Assembly: GCA_043228905.1 (NCBI GenBank)
Contig: JBHGNT010000012.1
Span: 8,060,001 to 8,124,000 of the forward strand
Length of the DNA: 64,000 nucleotides
Direction of reading: 5' to 3'
Source: Azolla caroliniana
Taxonomy: Eukaryota > Plantae > Polypodiophyta
Shown here one piece after another: positions 33,370 to 44,800 of this stretch (positions are counted from its first letter, which is position 1; each line of letters starts with the position of its first letter). A program made the translations under genes and the position numbers. Below the pieces are notes generated by a model. It ran no database searches. It saw only the letters and a program-made list of their open reading frames with translations, and was not told where the DNA came from.

Positions 33370-36300
33370 CTGTCGTGCACCAACACCTAGTTGCCTTCTT
33401 CGATCTTCTTTGGCCGCAGCCACTGTGTTCGGTCGAACCGGCCTTTGTTCCTCTCCCTCATTGTTTGCCGCTTCGCCTTTGCCCGCTCCACATCCTCTAG
33501 TCTTTGCTCGAGCTGTCGAATCCGCGCCGCCAACAACTCTTCCTGGCTCATCTCGTTCCTCCAATCTATCGCCGCCCATGAGGAAATTGTCCGTTCCATC
33601 GACATGACCGGTTTCTGCTCGTACATCAGCTCTGCCAGTAGGTACTCGGTCACTGAACTATGCGTTGTTTGGTCTGCCCATAGTGCGTAAAGAAGGAGTC
33701 GTGGCCAATTCCCGACCTGTCCTGTGCATGCACGTACTAAAGCCTTCACGATCGGCCTGTGTCCGCATTGTACCTTTCCGTTCGCCTCCGGGTTGTACAC
33801 CGTAGTGAGAGAGAGCTTCACCCCTAACCTGTCGAATAGCTCTTTAGCTTCCTGTGCATCTAGCTCCCCTTGATCTGCCACAATCTTTCCTATGTACCCG
33901 TACCGGCACACCACCTCCTGAATCAGGAATCGGCACACCGCCTCTCTTCTTCGGATGCTTCCATAGGTTCTCATCCCGCAGGAATAACTGGTACGCTTTC
34001 TTCCGAACCCGGTTAGCTTCGTCTTTCATCCACGCGGTGTCCAACGTCATTGTCTTCAGGAATCTACCAATCTTGAGCCACTCCCCTTCGTATTCACCCA
34101 CGCGAAACTCATTAAGCACCGGGGTGCTCCCTACGCTTGTCAGGTAAGCCTACTCGAAGAAGTCCTCGCCAACTTCTTCGTCCTCCGAAACCATGCCGTC
34201 CTCATCGTCGAACCACGCTCTCGAAAGCATGTTGGCCATGGCGTTGTCCTTTCCGGAGATGTGTTGTATCTCCGGATTTAGGGACTTGATGTACGCGATC
34301 CACCTGAGCATTGCTAGGTCCGGCGTTGCGCATCCGGAAACCATTCCGAGGATTGGTAGGCAGTCTATCTCGATTATTACCTCCGTCCTGATAAGATAAT
34401 CTTTGTCGGTCTTGACTACTGAAACAATACCCTAGAGCTCACACTTAACTTGGGCGTATCCTCACTGTCGCTCACTGAGTACCTTCGCTCCAAACCAGAT
34501 AGGGAACTATGTGCTGCCCTCGTCTTCCAGACTGATCACCCATCCTATCCAAGTCAGGCTCATATCTACGGTTACATAGATCGGAATGTTCTTGCTGTAA
34601 ACCGCTTTACGGAGTGCCGGTGCCGCGGTAAGCACTTCTTTCAATCTCCGAACCGACTCCATATGTTCCTCACCCCAGTCGAATTACGCCTTTTCTTTAG
34701 CAACCCGTAGAGTGTTTCCGCGATGTGCGCGTAGTGCAGAACCCAGATGTGGTAGAACGCACACGCCCCCAGGAACCTCCGCACCTCCGTTACCGACTTG
34801 CGTTCCTCCTCCATGGCAGAATTGGCTTTGACCTTTGCAGGAGACGGTTTCCAGCCATAAGGCCCACACAACTGACCGAACACTAAGATATTTGATTGAC
34901 CAAAAACCGATTTTTCTCCGGAGAAGGTGAGTCGCATGCTCACTAGCCTTTGTTGCACCCTTTCATAGTCATTGATGTGGTCTGCAACAAACCTCCGGCA
35001 ACCGTCTGGTGCAACCGACTCATCCTTATCCTCCACCGGAACTCTTTTATCGGTATGTCATCCAGAAACCGCATGGTGATGTCCGGGATGTAGTCTCTCA
35101 GCACTTTGTTCATAGCGTTAACCATGTGCGCCACCGAGTTGGTCCCTCCTCGCGGCAAGGTACACATCCGCACTAGGCTGAGAGGAGTCCGCATCGTCGT
35201 AATATCCCTGATCTCCACGGCTAGTTGGAATTGGTCGTACCCCGAGTATAGATCCCCGACTGAATAGATCGACCTTCCGGCGAAGGCCTCTGCAAACTCG
35301 TCGATCGCCGGTCCGACTCCTGTGTTCCGAATGGTCACTTTATTGACCCATTGCAGGTCTTGAATGAAATGCAGCATGCCATTCTTCTTCGGCACAGTAA
35401 ACCACCGATTCGAATATGGGGCACTCGATGGTTCGAGGATGCCCATCTCCACTTTCTACTTCAGCAGCTCCATCAACTTCGGGATGTGAACTCTGGGTAC
35501 CGGAATCGGTTTGAGATTCCACGGTACATGCGGCACCATGAATATCATCATGGGTTCTACGATCGTCGGGTCCACGCACCCGATCTCCTCTGGTGAGAAT
35601 GTGAAGGCTTTCCCGTGCCTTCTGAGCATCCTCTGAACCCGTTCCTCCTCCGCCGGCAATAGAAACCCACCCCCACCAACCTTGAGCTCCCGCAACGTTA
35701 TGTCGGTGAACCGGTGTCCTATGCCGATCGGATTCCGCAAACTTGGGTTAGACGCGACCCCCTTTATCCGCTCCCTGTTGCCCTCCGGCAAGGGATCCAC
35801 GATTGGCCTCACCTTCCAGTTCACAGTCTTGTACATCGTATCCACACGGGCCGTCCGATCAGACCCGACCCTTTCCCTAAAGGCAGCGATGACTTCGTAC
35901 ATCTCCACAGAACTAACCAGAACCGTCCGGTCCTCACTGAGGCCTTCTACGAACACCTTCCGTAGTGCCCCCAAGGTGTCGTCAAACGAGACCACCTTCA
36001 CGATGCCACTAATTTCTTCATCAGGGGCGAGGACTCTGCACATCCTGAGTCGTTCCTCTGCTCGCTTCCTTTTCCGGCCGCTGATGCCGGTTATAGTACA
36101 AACTCCGTTATCAGAGAACCAAAATTTACTTCCTATGGTACATGTGTGGGGTTTCTCCATGGTGTCCGGACTATTGTCACTCCACGCCTTGATAGCCCTC
36201 TATAAAAATTCCCTCAGCAATCACCGCTGAGGGTCTCGCGATTACGCTCATGGTTCGCCCGCACGGTCAGGAATTGGACAGAGGGACGTTCGTCTTGGCT

Positions 36301-36399
36301 TTTGACGCGCGCGTACTCCAAACCGTTGTTAAGCACTTTGGTCTCCATGCGCGCCGTCGTTATGTATGGTTCGCTAAGAATCATTAGGTGTGAGGACGT
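33370..36399 (-). pseudogene. pol: Gypsy E (copy 2): protease end, RT, RNase H and integrase, degraded and truncated by G
   Basis: ORFs 35456-36160, 34943-35452 (DLYSGYDQ, FLDD), 34150-34344 and 33387-33974, all homologous to D. Confidence 0.92.
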
Positions 36400-36643
36400 T
36401 GTCGTAGTGTAAATCTCACACTATGAGAAAATTGCATTTTTGGTCCCTACAAATAGGGCATGGAGTACCCGGTGAGAACCGGAAGGTAGAACCGGATGAA
36501 GCAAACTCGCTGAGAACCCGATAAAGAAAACCAGTGAGAACCGGATGAAGCAAAATTGGCAAGAGCTGGATGAAGAAGGCCGGTGAGAGTCTCTCATCGG
36601 ATGAAGAGACAAATTTGTAAATAAAAGAAAAGATTGTTACATG

Positions 36644-36713
36644 CATAGGGCAGGATTCAAACCTTGTACCTCCATGTTAATAATGTAAACCCTTACTATT
36701 ACACTAACATATC
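36644..36713 (-). promoter_or_regulatory. tRNA-like A-box/B-box module in the G LTR
   Basis: Minus strand TAGTGTAATAG...GGAGGTACAAGGTTTGAATCC, with the same 43-nt spacing and orientation as in the D LTRs. Confidence 0.5.
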
Positions 36714-37305
36714 ATTAGTGTTAAAAAAGTAGACATCCCACATAGAAAGGTAAGTGCACACTAGGATAAACTTTAGTTAGAAGAAAACGCATGATAAAAG
36801 AAAAAGCTACACATACACATCTAGCATGCATGAACACTATAGTTGATAAAAACGCATCAAGTTAGAAAAAGCAAGATCATTTTGGAAAAACCATATTAGA
36901 CAAAGCATATAGTCTATTGTTAGAGAAAAAGCATGGATTATTAAGACTCTCTCATCACTATATAAGGATGGGGAGCACAATGTAATAGGTGTGTGAAATA
37001 TTTGGAAATTGGATATATTTCTAAAAGACACCAATTAATATATTCATGGGATTCACGAAATAAACTATACTCGTGGGATTCACGAGATTTCTATATTCTT
37101 CTCTTTTAATCCAAATTCCTATTCTTCTCTTAATATTGAGCAATCTAATACAATAGACTTGTGGGATTCACGAGGTTTCTATATCTCTTTCTTAAAATCT
37201 ATTTATATTCTAATTAGTCTCAAATTCTTCCTCCTCCTAGTCCAAAACCCCAGCGGTTCCCACCCGACTCACACAACGATCCGGAGTCGAAAGGCACAAC
37301 ACAAG

Positions 37306-37322
37306 TGGTGAACCCGACGTGA
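37306..37322 (+). other. PBS of Gypsy G (tRNA-Trp)
   Basis: TGGTGAACCCGACGTGA, matching the tRNA-Trp 3' complement. Confidence 0.88.
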
Positions 37323-40300
37323 AACCGGGTGGCAAGGATATGGAAAATTAACCGGGGGCTAACAACATGATGGCGATGTTTGAGCGGATGCTACAAGAAC
37401 AACGCGCGACGTCGGAGATTGCGGCAGCAGTAGAGCGGCTCGCGCAACGGAACGGGCAATTCAACGGGAAAGACGTGTCGCGATATTTGTGAGATTACAA
37501 GGCAAAAATGCTACGGTGCGGGATTTCGGAAGGACTGCAAGTGACATCCTTCAACCGGGTGGTGACCGATGGGCTTCAAGGGAGTATTCATGGGATACGG
37601 CAACAAAATCCGACGTGGGAGGCATTTGAAGAGGCGCTAAAGACCACGTTCGCCATCGAGAACTCCTCCAATGCAACGAGGAGGGGATTCGAAGATTGGG
37701 TGGAAACACCAGATAAGGGGATGAAGGTCCTCGATGTGTTTTCGTCATTCGAAAGTCAGTTCGGGAGGTTGCCTGCGAGAGATCAAACTATCCTTGCACC
37801 GGACAAAGTGATCATGTTCCTACGAGCCGTGGACATCCGGAACCGGAAAGATCTTGGAGTGCTTTTGGAGGACACGACCATTGAGAGTGGCCTCACCGAA
37901 ACATGGGAAACCGTGCGGGATATCGTCGCACGATACACGAAGAGGGGGCATTTGCTTGCTAGCGAAGAGAAGAGGGTTTCGGAACCGATTCCGAAACCGA
38001 GATCCGGATTGGAAGACCATCAACTGAGGGCTTGGGAGACTACGACCGAGAAGGGAATCGATGCAACAACGGTGGAGCAGTTGCTGAAAGAAATGGAGAA
38101 TCTGAAAATCGTGATGGTAAAGAAGTCGGATGACTGTCCCACAAGCTCCAAGTATATGGACCGTCGGTGCATATGGTGCAATAGCACCAAAGATGATCGG
38201 AATGATTGCGACGAGCTCAAGGAGGCGTTACGACGGGATCTTATCTACTACGAGGGAAATCGGATCCATTCGATGGACCCTCGGAAGACACTCCGACCGA
38301 ACTTCCGGAAAGGCAGCATGAAGAAGGTCCTCGAGGAGGAAATAGCAGCGAAAAGCAATTATGCGACAACCACGGGAATACGTGTCGGGGAGTCATCGGG
38401 AGCGAAGGCGTCTTTTTGGCCGGAAGTGATAGAAAACCCCGCGAAAACCGATTCCAATGATATCCGTAGCACCGCGGAAGGCATCCCAAAAGCTATGGGA
38501 TGGGAGTGCCCCGTCGATAAGAATAGTGTACACACCCTATGCTAATTGCATAAGGTGTATGTAGACGAGAAACGACGGCGCACGGATGATGCGGCCAGAC
38601 TATCAAAGACACTAGAAAGCTGGAACTCTGGAGGGAAGGGGAAGGAAAAGATGATTCCGGCATTCAAACTCGCCTCGGACATCGAACAACAAACGGACTT
38701 GAAAAAAGTGTTCGAGAAGAGAATCCTCGAGAGCTGGGTGGAATTTTCGCTTCGGGAATTACTCAGAATAGCAAAGAAGGAGTTCCATGATCTTCTTGTG
38801 GATCTCGTGAAGAGAAAAAGCGAACACAATTTTAATGAATTGCACCGAAGTGGAGGATGAAATTCCGAACTCCCACTACACAAGGCCACACTGGCCACGT
38901 ACAACTACGGAGACTCCGGTCCGAATCGGCAACATCAAAAAGCCCGTGCTAGCATTGATTGATCACGGATCGGAGATCAATTTGATGTCCAAGGAGTTCT
39001 ACCGGAAGGGGAAGTGGCCTATAAACACTAACCATGGATGGAAGATCCGGGCAGCCACTAAAGCAACGGAAGATCTATTTGCGGCTTTTCCGGATGTGAC
39101 AGTGAAGATCGGGGATGTCGAGATCGACCAAAATTTCTTCGTACAAGATGAGGTCTCACATTCCGTGATCCTTGGGCAACCCTTTATCACAGCTTCACAG
39201 ATGGAGACAAAGGTGCTCGATAGCGGTGCGGCTTTCGCACGAATTCGGAGCCAAAGTGGAGGGAAATCCGTCCAATTCCTAATTGTGTCGGCAAATCATG
39301 ATAGGAAAAAGAGAGAGCGCTTGTCCCAAACAAGGATGGAATCTTAGAGCGGACTGTTGCGGAGTGGGGAAGTGATAGTCCAAGAAGCCCTGATACCCCA
39401 CACAAGAAGAAAACTCTCGGAGCGAAACAAGTACGAATTGGTCCGGATGGAGCATTTGTGTACACGGCCGTAACCGGAGGAAAGAAGAAAGAATACCGAA
39501 AAGTAGAGGATAAGTTGCGGTCGGCATCAATAATAAAAGAAGAAGAAGAAATCGTGGGGGTAGTCGAAGAAGTGTTCTATGGGAGCATGCTACAACGGCT
39601 TGAAGAGCTTGTGGAGGATAAAAGCTAAGGAGACCGGGTAGTCCTAGTGGAATCGGTCGAGATGTACGAGATCGTTGCGAAAATGGGGCCGGATTCGCTC
39701 CGCAAAGAAGAAGCAATGGTAAGTACGAAATACAAGACCGTGGAGAAGAAAGTGAAACCGGCCGTGGAACCGTTACTCGCCGATAACGAGAAAAACAGGA
39801 AAGAAGTCTCACGACACTTCGGAAGTCCGTGGATATCGGACATGCCTTCACGGATGAGACCCGGAAGAAACTTCGGATTGGTAGAGGTGGTATCCTTTTG
39901 CAAAATGAAGAAGAACGATTCCATGGGATGTTGGAACAACATGGAAAAGCATTTGCATTCACATCGAAGGAGATAGGGTGCGTTGATCCGAAGATAGTGG
40001 AGCCCATTGATCTTCACGATTGACCATGTGCGGTGGAACCTGAAGCCGATTCTGGTGCCGCGGGCGCATATTCCCAAAATCATCGACTTGCTCAAGGAGA
40101 AGGTGGCGATGGGGATTCTAGAGCCATCAAACGCTCCGTACTCAAATCAATGGTTTACGGTTCCGAAGAAGAATGGGTCACTCCGATTTATCCAAGACTT
40201 GCAACCGGTGAACAGGGTCACGATCCGGAACTCCGGAGTCGGTCCGATAGTGGACGAATTTGCGGAAGCATTTGCCGGTCGTGCGATATACTCCATTGGA

Positions 40301-40333
40301 GACCTATACTCGGGATATACTCCATTGGAGACC

Positions 40334-40395
40334 CACCGATCTGGCTCTCTAGCTTCTTCAGCCGATCCGGCCTCTATTGAGCTTGTTTCTCAACA
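40334..40395 (-). repeat. Terminal remnant of a Copia-B-related LTR
   Basis: TTCAGCCGATCCGGC..TTGAGCTTG..CTCAACA matches the end of the B LTRs (1110-1148). Confidence 0.65.
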
Positions 40396-41304
40396 AGGCT
40401 TTCGCGATGTGAGGGTGTGTTGAGAGCTACATTGGTGGAGGGGCTAGGTGAGAGATATTTATTTGGTAATGCCCCTGATATATATCCGTAGTAGCATGTG
40501 AGGCCATCTCATTTGGTTGTGTGGTTTTTGACTTTAAGAAATCTGTCCAGTTTGAATTTGCAATTTTTTTCTCGTCTAACGTTAACTGTTTGTCAAATAC
40601 TCATTAGTCAAGCGCTTGTCCTTGTCGAACACTTGCTTTGTCGAGTGTTCACCTTGTTGAACGATTGCTTTGTCAAGCGTTCCCTTGCCTTGTCGAGCCT
40701 TCACTTGCCTTGTCGAATGCTCACTTGTCAAGTGTTTCTTTGTTGAATGCTTGTTCATGATGATTATTGCTTTGAAATTTTTGGCACCAAATTCAAGATT
40801 TTGTGCCAACTGGCAGATTGGATGTGTCAATTGTTGAATGTCATTCAACACTAATGAAACTATTTTTACATTAATTTGAAAACAACTAATTCTTATCAAA
40901 CGATTAGTAAAAACCAGACGTTTAGTGTGCTAATGTCCAGACGATTAAGGAAGATTTAAACAAAAAATTAGATAACAAAATATTAAGTGAACAAATAATT
41001 ACTCTAAGCAAAGAAAGGAGTTTCATGCTTTCATTCTTTCTCCTTTTGTTCTTGCTAGATTTTTTTCTTCTCCTCTTTTATCTCGGCTTAAATTATCAAT
41101 CTAACTCCTTAGCCTAAGTACAGGGAAACCATGTGACAATATGTGTATGCAAATATCTCACTTGCTTCTTCTAAGAGTCTCTATTTTCCTAGTAAAGCAT
41201 CATAAAACATATCCTTAATGCAATTAAAAAATATTTAGAGGTCAAAGAACACAATTAAGTATTCTTCTTAATGTTTATGTAAAAACTGTTGGTGTGATTT
41301 CTCT

Positions 41305-41836
41305 TTACAGTTTAGGTACTTCCAGAAGTAAGCGGAAAAATCATTCCTTCTACCAAATCGTTTAAAGCGATAACATCAAATCGGTTCTTCCTTAGCAATG
41401 CCATTCTGAGCAAGTTAATAATTCTTCAGATATTGTTAGTTCTGAAGAAAAGAGAGGATCGGTGGGTCCATAGAGGCAATGGTGGTAGATGTATCGAGGA
41501 ATCTCGCAGAGAATCAAATAGTGACGAGGCATCTACCCTCATGTATGAAAACGTTGAAATGTATATCAATTTACAATTTAGGTACTTCCAGAAGTAAGCG
41601 GAAAAATAATTCCTTCTACCAAAACGTTTAAAGCGATAACATCAAATCGGTTCTTCCTTAGCAATGCCATTCTGAGCAAGTTAATAATTCTTCAGATATT
41701 GTTAGTTCTGAAGAAAAGAGAGGATCGGTGGGTCCATAGAGGCAATGGTGGTAGATGTATCGAGGAATCTCGCAGAGAATCAAATAGTGACGAGGCATCT
41801 ACCCTCATGTATGAAAACGTTGAAATGTATATCAAT
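41305..41836. repeat. 266-bp tandem duplication at the flank/satellite junction
   Basis: 41305-41570 is repeated near-identically at 41571-41836. Confidence 0.92.
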
Positions 41837-44800
41837 TATGTTACATTATTGAATGAAGAAAATAGATTTCAGCTAAAAATATGCACGTTTTCTTTGATTT
41901 AAGGTATCCATGTTTTCTATGTCACTGTCAAGCTAGAGAGGCCATGGCGGTGGATGTATCGAGGAAGCCCGCAAAGAGAGAAACAGAGATTCGAGGCCGA
42001 GGAAGCCTACAGAGAGGAAATGTATGAAAACATTGAAATGTATATCAATTATGTTACATTACTGAGTAAAGAAAATACATTTGAGCAAAAAATATGCATG
42101 TTTTCTTTGATTTAAGGTATGCATGTTTTCTATGTCATTGTCAAACTACAAAGGCCATTGTGGTGGATGTATCGAGGAAACCCGAAGACAGAGAAACAGA
42201 TATTGGACACCGAGGCAGCCTACAGAAAGGAAATGTATCAAAACGTTGAAATGTATATCAATAATGTTACATTACTGAATGAAAAAAATAGATTTGAGCA
42301 AAAAATATGCACGTTTTCTTTGATTTAAGGTATGCATGTTTTCTATGTCATTGTCAAGGTACAGAAGCCATGGCGGTGGATGTATCGACGAAACCCGCAG
42401 AGACAGAAACAGAGATTGGACGCCGAGGAAGCCTATACACAGAAAATGAATAAAATCGTTGAAATGTATATCAAATATGTTACATTACTGAATGAAGAAA
42501 ATGATTTGAGCAAAAAATATGCACGTTTTCTTTGATTTAAAGTATGCATGATTTCTATGTCATTGTCAAGCTACAGAAGCCATGGCGATGGATGTATCGA
42601 GGAAGCCCGCAGAAAGAGAAACAGAGATTGGAGGTCCAGGAAGCCTACAGAGAGGAAATGTATGAAAACGTTGAAATGTATATCAATTATGTTACATTAT
42701 TGAATGAAAAAAATAGATTTGCGAAAAAAATATGAACGTTTTCTTTGATTTAAGGTATGAATGTTTTCTATTTCATTGTCAAGCTACAGAGGCCTTGGCG
42801 GTGGATGTATCGAGGAAACAAGTAGAGAGACAAACAGAGATTGGAGGCCGAGGAAGTCGACAGAGAGGAAATGTATGAAAACGTTCAAATGTATATCAAT
42901 TATGTTACATTACTAAATGAAGAAGATAGATTTGATTATAAAATATGCACGTTTTCTGTGATTTAATTTATGCATGTTTTCAATGTCATTATCAAGCTAC
43001 AGAGGCCATGGAGGTGGATGTATCAAGGAAGCCCGCAGAGACAGAAACAGAGATTGGAGGCCGAGAAAGCCGATAGAGAGAAAGTGTATGAGAACGTTGA
43101 AATGTATATAAATTATGTTACATTACTAAATGAAGAAATTGATTTAAGCAAAAAATATGCACGTTTTCTTTGATTTAAGGTATGCATATTTTCTATGTCC
43201 TTGTCAGGCTACAGAGGCCATGGCGGTGGATGTATCGAGGAAGCCCGCAAATAGAGAAACAGAGATTGGAGGTCAGGGAGGCCTACAAAGAGGAAATGTA
43301 TGAAAACGTTGAAATGTATATCAATTATGTTACATTACTAAATGAAGAAAATAGATTTCAGCAAAAAATATGCACATTTTCTTTGATTTAATTTATGCAT
43401 GTTTTCTATGTCATTGTCAAGCTAGAGAGCCCATCGCGATGGATGTATGGAGGAAATGTATGAAAACGTTGAAATGTATATCAATTATGCTACATTACTG
43501 AATGAAGAAAATATATTTGAGCAAAAAATATGCATGTTTTCTGTAATTTAACGGATGCATGATTTCTATGTCATTGTCAAGCTAGAGAGGCCATGGCGAT
43601 GGATGTATGGAGGAAGCCCGCAGAGAGGGAAACAGAGATTAGACGCCGAGGAAACCTACAGAGAGGAAATGTATCAAAACGTTGAAATGTATATGAATTA
43701 TGTTACATTACTGAATAAAGAAAATAGATTTGAGCAAAAAATATGCACGTTTTTTTATACTTAAGGTATGCATGTTTTCTATGTCATTGTCAAGGTACAG
43801 AGGCCATGGCGGTGGATGTATCGAGGAAGCCCGTCCACAGAAATTGGACGCCGAGGAAGCTAATAGAGAGGAAATGTATGAAAACGTTGAAATGTATATC
43901 AATTATGTTACATTACTCAATGAACAAAATGATTTGAGCAAAACATATGCACGTTCTCTTTGATTTAAGGTATGCATGATTTCTCTCTCATTGTCAAGCT
44001 ACAGAGGCCATGGCGATGGATATATCGAGGAAGCCCGTACAGAGAGAAACTGAGATTGGAGGCCGAGGAAGCATACAGAGAGAAAATGTATGAAAAGGTT
44101 GAAATGTATATCAATTATGTTACATTACTAAATGAAGAAAATATATTTGAGCAAAAAATATGCACGTTTTCTTTGATTTAAGCTATGCATGTTTTCTATA
44201 TCATTGTCAAGCAATAGAGGCCATGGCATTGGATGTATCGAGGAAGCCCGTAGACAGAAAAACAGAGATTGGACGTTGAGGAAGCCTACAGAGAGGAAAT
44301 GTATGAAAACGTTGAGATGTATATCAATTATGTTACATTACTGTATGAAGAATATAGACTTGAGCAAAAAATATGCACGTTTTCTTTAATTTAAGGTATG
44401 CATGTTTTCTATATCATTGTCAAGTTACAAAGGCCAGGGCGGTGGATGTATCGAGGAAGCACACAGATAGAGAAACAGAGATTGGAGGCCGAGAAAGCCT
44501 ACAGAGAGGAAATGTATGGAAACGTTGAAATGTATATCAATTATGTTACATTACTGAATGAAGATATTAGATTTGATTAAAAAATATGCACGTTCTGTGT
44601 GATTTAAGGTATGCGTGTTTTCTATGTCATTGTCAAGCTAGAGAGGCCATGGCGGTGGATGTATCGAGGAAGCCCTCAGAGAGAGAAACAGAGATTCGAG
44701 GCTGAGGAAGCCGATAGAGAGGAAATGTATGAAAACGTAGAAATGTATATGAATTATGTTACATTACTAAATGAAGAAAATGATTTGAGGAAAAAATATG

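Larger units (their letters stand above)
36400..40333 (+). mobile_element. Gypsy G (same group as D and E): 5' LTR, gag-PR and partial RT, 3'-truncated
   Basis: LTR 36400-37301 (TGTCGT...ACAACA); PBS TGGTGAACCCGACGTGA at 37306-37322; gag 37508-38860; PR LIDHGSEINL; RT breaks after DLYSGY. Confidence 0.9.

Noticed and set aside
40498-40899. Short ORFs in the spacer before the satellite
   Set aside because: They overlap a degenerate repeat cluster and show no recognisable protein features.
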